A stretch of 64,000 nucleotides of DNA, taken from assembly GCF_004010195.1 (NCBI RefSeq), contig NC_057750.1, positions 11,383,122 through 11,447,121 on the forward strand, given 5' to 3'. The notes below the pieces were generated by a model. The model saw only the letters and a list, made by a program, of their open reading frames with translations. It made no database searches and was not told the DNA's origin. Within the stretch, counting starts at the first letter, position 1. Every line of letters starts with the position of its first letter. The translations under genes were made by a program, and so were the position numbers. Positions 1-11,799 of the stretch are shown one piece after another. Source of the DNA: Chiloscyllium plagiosum. Lineage: Eukaryota.

Positions 1-399
1 GTGAAGCAAGTGAAGGGTGAGGTGCAGGGCGGTGTGAACTTTTCAGTAATCGGCATGATCAGTGCCAGGTGCTACCTGTTTGAACTTGGCTGGTTCTGCT
101 TCAGAATCTCTCTCGCCTAACGCTAATTTTGCAGCATCAGTGGGGTTGTCAAATGGCCTTAGACTCCAGAGAGATCCTCTGAAAGTACACAGGATTGCAA
201 TGTCTAGTGATGGATCGTGAAATCAGTGTGCACTTGCCACTGTTCCTTCATTGCTGGGATCTGTGAATAAAACTAGATCCACCTGTTCCTTTAAACTCTT
301 CCAAACCACTTCACTCACTTCCTTACTTCCTTCTTTCAAAGACCGTAAGATTCCACAAACATCAAAGATCTGTTTGTAGTGATGTTGGTTAAGCAATAA

Positions 400-578
400 A
401 AATTGGCTGAGACATCGGGGTGACTTCCCCAATACTTTTTTGAAATTGCCATGAGATCATTAATGACTAGCTGAGAGGGCAGATGGAGATTCCAGTTTAA
501 AATGCCATTGTAATTCCAACAGGACATCACTCTCAGTACTATAATGGGAGTGTTAACTTTAATTACATACTCAACCTT
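400..578 (-). mobile_element. Old Deu-domain (AmnSINE/SacSINE1-like) SINE fragment
   Basis: tgccatgagatcatt...gagagggcagatgg...ctcagtact...gagtgttaac resembles the reverse strand of the Deu core; related pieces at about 2900-3060, 20585-20680 and 22640-22860 (+) and 26840-27230 (-). Recognised by eye. Confidence 0.5.
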
Positions 579-984
579 CCTCCTTGGAGGCAAGATTGTT
601 ATCCCTGTATCGGACAGATACATCGGAAAGCACAGGTTTTCAAAAGGGAGTGAAAGAGTTGGTAAGGTTTCCAACTCTCCAGAACTGATCTAGAGTTTCC
701 AGAAATTGAAGAATACCTTCCTGAGGAGAAAGGGAGATGGATACTTTTTGTTTCAAAAAGAAAGGTCTTTGAACACTTTTGCTTATTATTTTTAGGATAT
801 TGGAGATGTTTGATTGAGATTCAAGAATCTACCAATTGGTCATGGAAGAATCTATACCCCCACTGGCCATGGGAAGGCGCAGGGGTCGTCAATGTACATG
901 ATGGGGCATTATGGGGGGCAGATCAATTGGATGTATGTGATTAAACTCCAGAAATGCATCAAACTAAATTTGGCAACTTGAAAC

Positions 985-1570
985 CTTCTTGGAAACATGT
1001 AGGGAGGTTTTGCTGCAAAGGCACTGGGGAGACCACACTTGGAATATTGACAAAGCTTTGGTCCACTTACTTGAGGGGCGTAGTTGTACTGGAGGCAGTT
1101 CAGAGGAGATTCACTAGATTGGTTCCAATGGTGAGAGGTTTGACTCATGATGAGGGATTGAAAAGTTTAGGCTGATACCTCTCTAGAGAGGTATATAAGA
1201 TGCTAAACGGGATTGACAAATCAGACATGGAGACAGAGTATGTTTCTTCTTGTGGAGTAGTCTAGAATGGGAGATCGTAGTTTTAGGATAAGGGACAGCA
1301 GATTTTTTAAAAAAAAAAGAGATGAGGAGAAATTGCTTCTCTCAAAGGCTTCTGAATCTGTAGGTTCAGTACCCCAGAGTGCAGTGGACGCCGGATCATT
1401 GAGTAAACCTGTGGAGGAGATGGCCAGATTTTTAATTAGTAATGGATTGAAGGGTTATGGAGAGTGAGCAAGAAAATGGAGTTGAGGCCGAGGATGGGAT
1501 CGGTCATGATGATATTGAATGGCAGAGCAGGCACAAGGAGCTGAATAGGTTCCTTCTGCTCATAGTTTTT
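985..1570 (+). mobile_element. Degenerate CR1 LINE 3' end
   Basis: ORF 954..1175 encodes LEAVQRRFTRLVP (CR1 ORF2 C-terminal motif), followed by a CR1-type 3' UTR. Confidence 0.8.
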
Positions 1571-4500
1571 AGGTGGCTGCCCAAGACGTCAGTGTATTGG
1601 CTGACCTCCAAACTGAGCACATTTTTCTTTCATTCCATTTGTTTTACAAAACTACCTGTACTTTCAAAATCATTTGAATCAATTCCAAAGGGAAGCAGAT
1701 GTTGCAAAAACAAAATGTCTTGTTGATTTCCTTTTTACATTCAACTCTCATCCAATTTCTAATCTTAGTCCTCAAATCACTTCACAAACAGCAATTCTGG
1801 GCTACTTAATGCTGAAAATGTTTGAGGGGCTAAATGACTGACTCCAGTTCCAATATTAATAGAGGCTAAATAACCAATTCCTGTGCTGAGAAACAATCTT
1901 GAGTAGCTGCCTGACCTAGATCTGTTGTGATGTAACAGAAGGGCTAAATGGCTATTCCTGCTCCTTAATAATAGGCTTCAAGTGACCCATACCTGTCCCT
2001 GTGCAGCAAGTTCAGGAGCTGGAAGAGTTTTTTTTTTATTTTGAAATAAGTTGAAGGTACAGAATTGTGTCTTCCTTTTCTTATGATTGAAACTATTAAT
2101 CAAAATGGCCTTAACCAAGTCATAAAAACAGTTTATAAATACAATACTGTAACCACAATTAAAGTTTCCCCTTTACGAACCATGGAGCCCTGTCCCCAGA
2201 GGCTGTTGCAGATACTGTTAAAGTGTAGAAGTGTTTCCTCTTGCTGGCTTAAGCAGCTTGCACTTTATCACTTCTGTCAAAAGCTGCAGAAGATTCCGGT
2301 AAAACCCTACTGAGGCTTCTCTTCAAACACGTGCAGGTGCCTTGTGAGAATTTTCTGCGAGGGTCTGAGCTGTCTTATTAATAAAATAATGGCAGATGAA
2401 GGAAAGCAGACTATAGAAGATTTTTAATGAGGTAATCTCTTTACCTTTTCCTTTACCTCATATTTCTCCCTGATCTATCAAAAGTGCCATGTCTGACTGG
2501 GATACAGCTTCAGGACAATGATGTAAGAAAGAGGAGCAGGGATAGGCCATTCAACCCTCCTAGACAGCTCCAATATTCAATGATGAGGCCAATCCTCAGC
2601 TTTAACACCATTTTCCTACACTAGTCCTGTGTCCCTTGATATTTCTAACATGTAGAAATCTATTAATCTTCGACTTGAACATGCTTAATGACTCTGAAGC
2701 ACTGTGAGGCACAAAATTCCAGAGTCAACACCCTCTAAGTGAATAAATCCCTCTTTCTCTCTCCTCCTGGCAACAGTTCCTGGAATTCTGGATTTTATAG
2801 ATCTTTGATGTTATTCTTAGGTGAATAAAAGGTTTTGTGCACTGATTTGAGGAAAGGTTATTATGTCTGGTGTAATGACCACTATTTATCCATTTAAAAT
2901 TTTCAATGAGTTGATCATCGTTGTCTGTGGGAGCTTGCTGTGCACTAATTGGCGGCCATGTTTCCTACATAACCACAGTGACCAGACTTTGAAAGTACCT
3001 CATTGGCTGTAAGGCACTTTGTGACGTGCTGAGCTTGTGAAAGGTTCCACATAAATATAAATTTTGGAAATGGCACATGTGAAACTTAGACTAAGTTTGA
3101 TAGAAATATTGTCAGATTGATAAGTTTGATTTGCAATGGTTGATATATGACTAGTGAAACTTATCAAGGTAATGGATGGAATGAGTTTTGTATCACAATT
3201 AACCCTGCTGTTAAAGAATAAAATTGAGGAAGCTACTTTATAATGCAATATTCTGAAATCTTCAGATGATATCAGTTCAAGGATACAAGAGGTTATCCTA
3301 GGTCCAAAAGCTCCCCATCAGTTCTGAAGTTGGGCCAAAAAAATGGCAAGCAAATGTTCCATTTTAGTTATACTGGGGTTGTATTTCTGCAGGTGTTCCT
3401 CTGATCTACTGCTGTAAATTTAATGGAAGATCTTTAGGAATTCCAGAGAAACGATAGAAATATCCCTATGGACTTAGATGCTACAGTGTAACTGGGCTCA
3501 CCAGCATTTATGCTCATTACAAGCTATGGTCCCAATGCCACATAGCTACTAACATCCCTTTATTTCTCCTTTCCTTCAACCACCCAACATTTATCCTTTA
3601 AATATTGACAAGATCCCTACTTCAATCACTAATTCATTCCTCAGTCTCTCAATTATCTTTCTGCTCTCTGTATTAGATCTGAAAAAAATTAACCTTACAT
3701 CAACGACCATCATTTAGGATGTTTCAATTATTGGAAAATCAGTATATTTTTTATCAACTCTGCCCCATTTTTTCATAACACTATCTTACTTTAGTTTTTC
3801 ATAGATTATTTTATTGCCACAACATCCTCCCCATAGCATAAAACCCACAATTACAAGCAACATACATGAATTGAGTATCTCTACCTTAATAAAATAGTGA
3901 CAATACCATTGCACTGCAGAGCCTCCCTTTATCCGGTCAAGTAATTAATTAGTTAATGTCCAAACTTGAAGTAAAGACTTCCTTGAATTGTGAGTTGAAG
4001 ACTAGGAAAACTGGGAAGTTGTTCTGAAAATCAAGGCCAATAAATATGTTCTTCTATTTGGATTTCCTGAAGAAAACTTGAGCCCAGGTCAGGAAACTTC
4101 CCTCATGTTCCTTTAGAGATAAGAGGGGAGTCAGGTGATATTGTGCGGAGTGGCTTCAGATGATTGAGATTTGACATTGTTTAGGATTCTGATACTCAAT
4201 AGGGATGGGACCAGGAGGAATACAATGCCTCTCTTCCAACACTTCATTCGAGCCCTCTGTTTTTAAGATGAGGTCTGTTGATTCCCCTGTTTCAGTGGCT
4301 CTCACCAGCCAGCAGAAACTTGGTTTTGAACCTGGATCTCTCAGCATTTCACACTTGCAGCCTTTCTTTTATAATCACCATTTCTTTAACTCTAGCTGAA
4401 TCATTCCTCTTAAGCCTTAACTACTCTGTCTGACACATTCTTCCTTCTTCCTCCATCCTCACTATGTTCATACCCACTATCTCATCCCATACTCCAACTC

Positions 4501-5444
4501 CATACTTCCGAGGATATCAATCTATTAGAATCTTAATAGTAGCCGTATACCATTCAGTCCCTCAAACCTGTTCCGTCACTCCATTAGACTATGGATCATC
4601 TGTTTCTGATCCCCATTTACCTTTCTTGGTTCCATATCCCTCATACTTGACCTAACTTAAATAAAGCAGTCTTATATGTAACACTTTCAATTGACCCCTA
4701 ATATGAACTTGCCATCATTTGTGGTGTGAATAAGTGCTTTCTACCTAAATCTCTATTTTTAAGAGTACTGCTCCTTATTCAGGGCTCTTTTAGGACACAG
4801 TAGGAACAGCAGCATATTTCTATTTAAAAGGTATTCTGAAGGGATAGAGAGGAATGTATAGAGGGAGGTTTTGCAATATTGGTTAAAGGAGGGATGATAT
4901 GCCAGAGGGGTCATTAAATGAGGTTAAATGTGAGGAACTGAGGAACAAATAAGGGGCAATCACATTGCTGGGAGTGTACTATGACTGGCAAGGAAAGAAT
5001 GACGGAAGACCAAATATGTTGGACATTTGTCTTTTCTAATTTAAATACTGTCTGAGATATTAATGCTTTTCTTATGTATTGTGGCTTTATGTTCAATATA
5101 GCAATGATAATTATCGGAGATATTGATGTCTCACTTACTCCAAATTAAAGGTTTACCTATGGGCATGTGTATGGCCCTTAGTTATACCTGTGGTCTTTTT
5201 GTGAGATGTATGGAACATTTCTTCTTCTAGGCCTACTCAGAATGCTAATAGAACTCTATTTCTGGTACCTTGATGCCTACATTGTTGCTACTTCTTGCTA
5301 TCATCTGGGACTGGAAAAATTCCAGAGATTAGAAGGACAAGGGCAGCAGATATGTGAGAACACCACTCTCTGCATGTGCCCCTCTAAGCCACTCACCATT
5401 CTGACCTGGAAATATATCATCATTCCTTCACTGTTGCTGGGTCT

Positions 5445-6107
5445 CACAGCACAGAGGTGGAACGAGTGGAAAGTGTCAAGCTCCTGGGAGTGGTCATCCA
5501 CAACAAGCTTTTTTGGACTTTTCATGTGGACGCACTGATTACAAAGCCCCAACAACGTCTCTTCTCCCTCAGGCAGCTGAGGAAATTTGGCATGACGGTG
5601 AATACCCTTGCCAACTTTTATAGGTGCGCCATCAAGAGCATTCTGTCTGGATGTATCACTACCTGATATGGCAATTGTACCATTCAAGATTGGAGAAGGT
5701 TACAGAGAGTGGTGAACTCGGCCTGAACAATCACAAAAGCCAACCTCCCATCTATAGAATCCATCTTCTAGGCCCACTGTCAAGGAAAGGCCGCCAGTAT
5801 TCTCAAAGATCCATCCCTCCCTGGCAATGTTTTTCCACAACCTCTACTATCAGGGAGAAGGTACAGAAGCCTGAACATACGCACCAGCCGGTTTCGAAAC
5901 AGTTTCTACCCTACTGTTGTTAGAACAGTGAATGGACTCACAAACTCTTAACGTTTGCTTGTACCTGTGTTTTTGTTTTTGCTGCTGTTTACCTATTATT
6001 TACTTATCTATGCTATTTAACTCTGTGATCTGGCTGTATTGCTGGCAAGACAAAGCTTTTCACTGTGCCTCGGTACATGTGACAATAAATTCAATTCAAT
6101 TCAATTC
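5445..6107 (+). mobile_element. 5'-truncated Rex1/Babar-type LINE
   Basis: ORF 5457..5666 (ERVESVKLLGV..W..H..K.QQRLFSLRQLRKFG..FYRCAIKSIL) is a typical RT C-terminal region; ends with aataaa and an (ATTCA)n tail. Confidence 0.8.
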
Positions 6108-6191
6108 AAAATCCTGGAATTCCCTCCTTAAAGACACTATGGGTCAACCCAGAGCAAGTGGCTGAAGCAGTTCATGAAGGCAAATCGTCAC

Positions 6192-8688
6192 TGAAGTCAC
6201 AGAGGCCAGTATCCCATCACCAAGTCATCCTTTATTTACATGTGCACAATATTTGCCACTGGTCCGACTTCCTCAGAGCCAGCTCTGAGTGAACAGAACT
6301 AGCTCTGAGCGAACAGAACCTCTGACCCTCCTGTTTATATCTATCAGCCAGAGCTCCCTTATTGGACCAGGTTAAGAGCCCCAAGCAGGGAACTCATATT
6401 CTAACATGCTGACCTGGTTACAATCACTACACTGCTCCCCTTTTAAGTCTGGGGAGGTAGGCCTGTTTTATTTTTTCTTGTGTCCTCTCTTGTGGAATCA
6501 TTCTTTTCTTTAGGTGCTGAAGCCATCAAGGCAGCAACCTATGCCACCTCAGAGTCTGTGGTTTCTTTAATGTTGGATGGAGGGGGAAAACCCATGGGTT
6601 CCAACGGCCTTTCCGGTTCTCCTGAGGGACTGGCTGTGTTTTGCTCCTGCCCCTTTGCTAAGTAGCACCTTCACGTGGTCCATGTTTAGGAACTCCTCAC
6701 CTACCCGAACTTTGTACGTCATGGGATTTGAGCTCACGTCAACCACTCGTCTTACCAATCCGTGGTTTTGGCACCAAACCTTGGCCCCTGAAGTAAACAG
6801 TCTCTCTCATATAGATGAGTCCTGTGTCCAGCAATGACATTCCTAATGCTGTTGCATCCTGTACATGTCCAATCATTTTGAGTGTGCGTTCACAATGACT
6901 ACCAACATTTGAGCCCATGAAAGGGCCATCTGAATTGGCATGTAACCAAGTCCAGGGTTGACCCGGCCATTCCCATGAATGTCAGGAAGCTGCTGGCAGT
7001 AATTTTTGTCCTTCTTGGCAATCTGGGCACTGCCCAACCAATGTGGCTTTGCTTGCATCCGATCTTGGTCACCAGACATACCGTCTTACCAACATCTGCA
7101 CTTTAAACACCCTGGATGACCTGGTGGAGTTTAGCCAGCATCTGACAGTGACCTTTGCACAGGATAATCACTCTTGCTCCCCATAATAAGTGCCATCCTC
7201 TATGGTGATCTGGTCTTGCTGGGTCCAGAAAGGGTTTAATTCTGGTTGTGATGGTCCTTTTGTTTCCCTCATCACCACCAGCTGTTTCAGTTTTGCCAGG
7301 ACCGGATCTTCTTGCATTCACAGTCTAATATTTTCACCAGTATCCAGAAGTGTGTCCAGAAAATTCAAAACCATTCCAGAGTCTTTTATTGCCGGCACCG
7401 CCAGTAGTGTATCTGCTGGTGGTAGGTGGCTCAAGGCATCCACATTTGTTAATTGGTCTCCCGGACGATGTTCCAACTTGAAATTGTATGCGCTTAGAAT
7501 GAGAGCTGAATTCAAACTGAAGTTATGGGCAGCATATCCTTGTCTTCTTTGAATAGCCCTAGCAGAGGTTTGTGATCAGTTACTATTACACGTTTATGCC
7601 ATAAAGGTATTGGTATTTTTTTCACACTACAATGACCACCAAACCTTGCTTCTCTATCTGGGTGTATTTGTGCTCTGCATCAGCTAAAATCAGGGAAGCA
7701 CATGCTAATGGATGTTGTCCTCCATCTGTGAGCCAACATTACCTCAATACCATATAGGAGGCATCACATGTCAACACCAGATCTTGCTTGGGATCAAAAG
7801 GGATCGGTTTCCTCCCACAGTCCAAAAATGTGCAGGTTAGGTGAATTGGCCATGCTAAATTGCCCGTAGTGTTAGGTGACGGGGTAAATGTAGGGGAATG
7901 GGTCTGGGTGGGTTGCGCTTCAGCGGGTCGGTGTGGACTTGTTGGGCCGACAGGCCTGTTTCCACACTATAAGTAATCTAATCTAATCTGTAAACACCTT
8001 AAACAATGGTAGTTGCTTCTTCACTTCTCTAAAGGCCAAGTCTTGGCTATGAGACCATTTCCAAGGCTGACCCTTTTTCAACAGCTGATGCAAAAGTGCC
8101 AGTATGGAGGCCAGGTTACATGTGAACTTTCCTTAATAATTCACCAGTCCAAGGGAAGATCTAAGATCCAATCCAGACATGAGTACTGGGGCTATCTTTG
8201 ATTGCACTCCCTTTATCTTCCAACAGGTGTAATTCAGTCTTATTGACTCAGTAGCCCAAGTAGGTCACTGGGGTGCCTGGAACTCACATTTATTCCCTCC
8301 TAGTCAGGATGTGTTCTCTGTGAAGCTATGCAATTGCCTTCACTCAAGTGTTGTCCCCCAAGCTCAGTCAGCTTGATAGTGGTGTCCACTTCCATCAGCA
8401 TACTCTGTAACTCATATGCTCCACTTGCTGCATTTTCTAATGACAAAGTTAGTTGTAGTGACTGTTTGAAGTCCAGTGGGCTTCAGCTAGTGGGTACTTT
8501 TGATGGTTACATCATTAATCCTACTTTGGTCACTGAAATAACTGAACTCCACAGAGGCCAGTGTCCTATCACCAAGTCACCCTTTATTTATACCTGCGTA
8601 GTACTTGTTATGGAACCTCTGACAGCCAGGGCTCTCTGCTTGGACCATATTAACAGCATGAATCAGGGACCTCGTCACAATCACTACA
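6192..8688 (-). mobile_element. Internally deleted Gypsy/Ty3 LTR retrotransposon with both LTRs (3' LTR about 6192-6431, 5' LTR about 8534-8688)
   Basis: Two similar direct repeats beginning TGTAGTGATTG on the minus strand; polypurine tract AAAAGGGGAGCAG (6432-6444) abuts the 3' LTR; minus-strand pol remnants AYNFKLEHRPG..NVDALSHLP, LLWGARVII, VNAHSK, YKVRVG. Confidence 0.85.
7803..7990 (+). mobile_element. 5'-truncated HE1-like V-SINE inserted in the Gypsy pol region
   Basis: Matches the 3' half of the full copies at 35100 and 36838; (AATCT)n tail. Confidence 0.85.
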
Positions 8689-8954
8689 ACCACCACCTTC
8701 TCAAGGGCAGCTAGGGACAGGCAGTTAATAAAAATGCTTGGCAGCCAGCGATGTCCAAATCCCACAAATGAATAGAACCATTAATAACTTTTGTTCCCAA
8801 TTTCTATCCTTGTCTCATCTCTGACACTTCCTTTCCCTATTTGACTTTTTCTGTTTTATTTCTGAGGAAAGACTATCTATTAATATTCATTACAATCCCA
8901 CCAACTGCCACAGCTACTTCAACCACACTCTTCTCACACCCTGTTTCCCATAAG

Positions 8955-9430
8955 GTGGGGAGGTGGTAGTATTATCACAAAACTAATAATCCAGAAACTC
9001 AGTTATTGTTCTGGCACCTTGTTTGAATCCTATGGTAGAATTTGCATTCAATAAACATCTGGAATTACAAATCTAATGATGACCATGAAACCATTGTCAA
9101 ATGTTGGTAAAACCAATCTGGCCCAGGAAATGTAATCTGCTGTCCTTACCTGGCCTAGCCTAACCTAGCTGTGACTCCAGACCCACAGCAATGGGGTTGA
9201 CTCTCAACTGCCCTCTGAAATGACCCAGCAAGCCACTCAGTTGGATCAATTGCTACAAAGTTTCAACAAAGAAATGTACTTTCCCCACAACATTGTGGGT
9301 CTACCTATAGCACGTGGACTGCAGTGGTTAACAGACAGCTCATCACCACCTTCTCAAGGGCAACTGGAGATGAATAATAAATACTGGCACAACCAAGTGA
9401 CACCACATCCTACATGTGAATTTAAAAAAA
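8955..9430 (+). mobile_element. Second tRNA-derived SINE family carrying the CR1/L2-group LINE tail
   Basis: Degenerate A/B-box head, conserved body (gatgaccatgaaaccattgtc...gactccagacccacagcaatg) and the LINE tail ccaccttctcaagggcaact; other copies at about 10380-10720 (-), 12780-12945 (-), 18210-18515 (+), 34870-35560 (-, split by HE1) and 43720-44125 (+). Confidence 0.65.
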
Positions 9431-11730
9431 ACAAATCACCGTGTTTCTAATTAAAAGAGCAGTTTATAAGAATAGCTCATCGGGGTATTGCAACAACAAC
9501 AAAAGTGAGGAAAAGGTAAGGAGACAGAGGAGGCTAAATTTAAATAGAATTGGAGGGGGAAATAAGGCACTCCATTCCTTGCAGTGCCCACTTCTCTCTG
9601 AAGGCATCAAGTATATTGCTAGGGAAGGCAGTCCTTTTTGTTTTTATCTTTTTTACTTTCCACGGATACTTTCATGCACCTCTGAATGCTTTTTCCACTA
9701 GCCAATCACTGATGTTTTGGAGAACTCAGTTACATTAATCAACTTGCTAGGATATGCTGTACTGTACCTTTGGGACAGGTGGGACTTGAATCTGGATCTT
9801 CTGGCTTGGTCACTGTGTCACAGAACCCCACCCTTTGATGTGTTACCTATTTAGTGATATTAATAGACACCTCTGTACAGATGAGATTTGAACTCAAACC
9901 TCATGGCTCAGAGGAAAGGACACTGTAAATGCACCACAAAAGCCCTCATTATTAATCAGCCTGTTCAAACATGTTATAACACATTCTGGGACAGGCAGGA
10001 CTTGAACCCAGGCCTTCTGTCTCATACTATCACCGTGCCACTAGATCTCCTAGAACTCAGCTTTTGATAATTTCTAATCAATCTGCTCAGAGATGTTATT
10101 ACAAACTTCTGCATCAGGTCAGAGTTAAACCCAAGACCTCCTATACTGTGCCACAAAATCCAGAGCTTGGCTCTCTTTTCTTTTTTATATCCAGAAGTGC
10201 TTTCACACACAATTAAATGACTTTTCTTCTACCGTCAAATCACCCATGTTTCCAATTAATGACCAATTTACACGCAAAACCCAGGAGGGGCAGTACAATG
10301 ATAACCCAGCTTTCTAAAACATTTTTCTTTTATTATCCAGAAGTGTTTTCACGTGCACCTTTAACGCTGCTTTAAAAAAAAACACTCATGGGATGTAGGT
10401 GTCTCTGGCTCGGCCAACATTTATTACCCATCCCTAATTGCCCGGAGGGCAGTTAAGAATTAACCACCCATTGCTGTGGGTCAGGAGTCACAGGTAGGTC
10501 AGACCAGGCAAGGATGACAGATTTCCGTCCCTAAAGGACATTAGTGAATCAGGTTTTTCCTGACAATTATCAATGGATTCACAGTCATCACGAGACATTT
10601 AATTCTAGGTTCGTTATTGAATTCAAATTCCATGGTGGGATTTAAGCTGATTTCCCCAGAACATTAGCTCAGTTTATGGATTAATAGTCTAGCAATAATA
10701 CCACTAGGCCATTGCCTCCACCAAATCACCCATGTTACTTTCCACCTTTATGCAGTACCACCAAATCACTGGTTTTCAACCAAATATCAATTTACCTGCA
10801 AAGCTCATCAGGGGCTTTGCAATTGTGAACACCGCATTCTCCCTTTTCTAAGGATACCTGGACATGGAAATAGCTGTGGTGTAGGGGCAGACAGGTGGCA
10901 ACTGTGACCCTTTACATTACCCGCTATCTGGACCTGTTAATGGCCAACTTGGCCAAGCCCAGGATCAAACCCAAAAGGAGGTCATTCAGCTTTCCTGCAC
11001 CTGGATGCACAAAGTTCAGGAGCCTGGGGCTGAAGTGCAACCAAAAGCACAACAAAGGTTTTACAAAGAATTAAGAAGGATGTGCAACCAGCCACAACCA
11101 ATATATAGATCATCCACACACTCTACAACACCATAGAATAAAACATTTGGCTACACAAGATTGCGTAGGACTGCAACACCCTTCACTTAGGTCCCCAATG
11201 GAAAGCAAGAGGACTCCCATGGATTGAGCTTTCTGGGGAGGACTCAGCTGTTTTTTATATTTCCAGAAGTGCTCTTACACAAAACTGAACATTTCTTTTC
11301 ACATCAACAAATTACCAGTGATATCTTTTTATCTGTTAACTACTACCAACAAATGCCCGTGTTTTCCAACTGATTAATTTACATGCAAACCCCGTTAAGG
11401 GCAATGCAGATCCCTAAAGGTGAGGGAGAAATAGGGGGAGGGGGCTAAATCAAAATGGAGTTGGAAGAGGAGATAAAGCACTCTAGCACCCTGGGGTGCC
11501 CACCTGTCTCTAAAGGCATTGAGAGTATTGGTACACACCACATGCTCCCTCTCCAAAGATACCCAAGCAGGAACATAACTGTGGAAGAGGGTCAGACAGT
11601 TAGCAGAACCCAGGTCTTAAATACAAAGTCCACTGAGGCTACCTGCTCTCTGTCAACATTGGAGCTGTTGTAACTTACTCTTAAAGTGCTCTGCATTTCT
11701 AACACTGACACAAATCACCATTATTTTGCA
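9430..11730. repeat. Modular composite repeat including four tandem tRNA-like units
   Basis: Recurring modules ttttt..atccagaagtg, aaatcacc..gttt and ctaaat..aa..gga.g..aaggcact...gtgcccac; four minus-strand B-box units at about 9770-10165. Confidence 0.55.
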
Positions 11731-11799
11731 GTCCTCTCTCACCGGAGAACAGTTGACAATGTGTCATTGTATAAAGGTGGAGGAAGTGACAGCTTCAGT

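Larger units (their letters stand above)
5290..8772 (+). mobile_element. CR1/L2-group LINE 3' end split into three pieces (about 5290-5442, 6108-6191, 8689-8772) by later insertions
   Basis: The pieces rejoin into a continuous tail (ctgggtc|aaaatcctgg...aaggca..tc|accaccaccttctcaagggc) also seen uninterrupted at about 41150-41345. Confidence 0.75.

Noticed and set aside
5140..5180. TYGHVY-encoding stretch as the missing first coding exon (GTYGDVYK)
   Set aside because: Lacks the preceding GxG and the following K plus splice donor; chance similarity.
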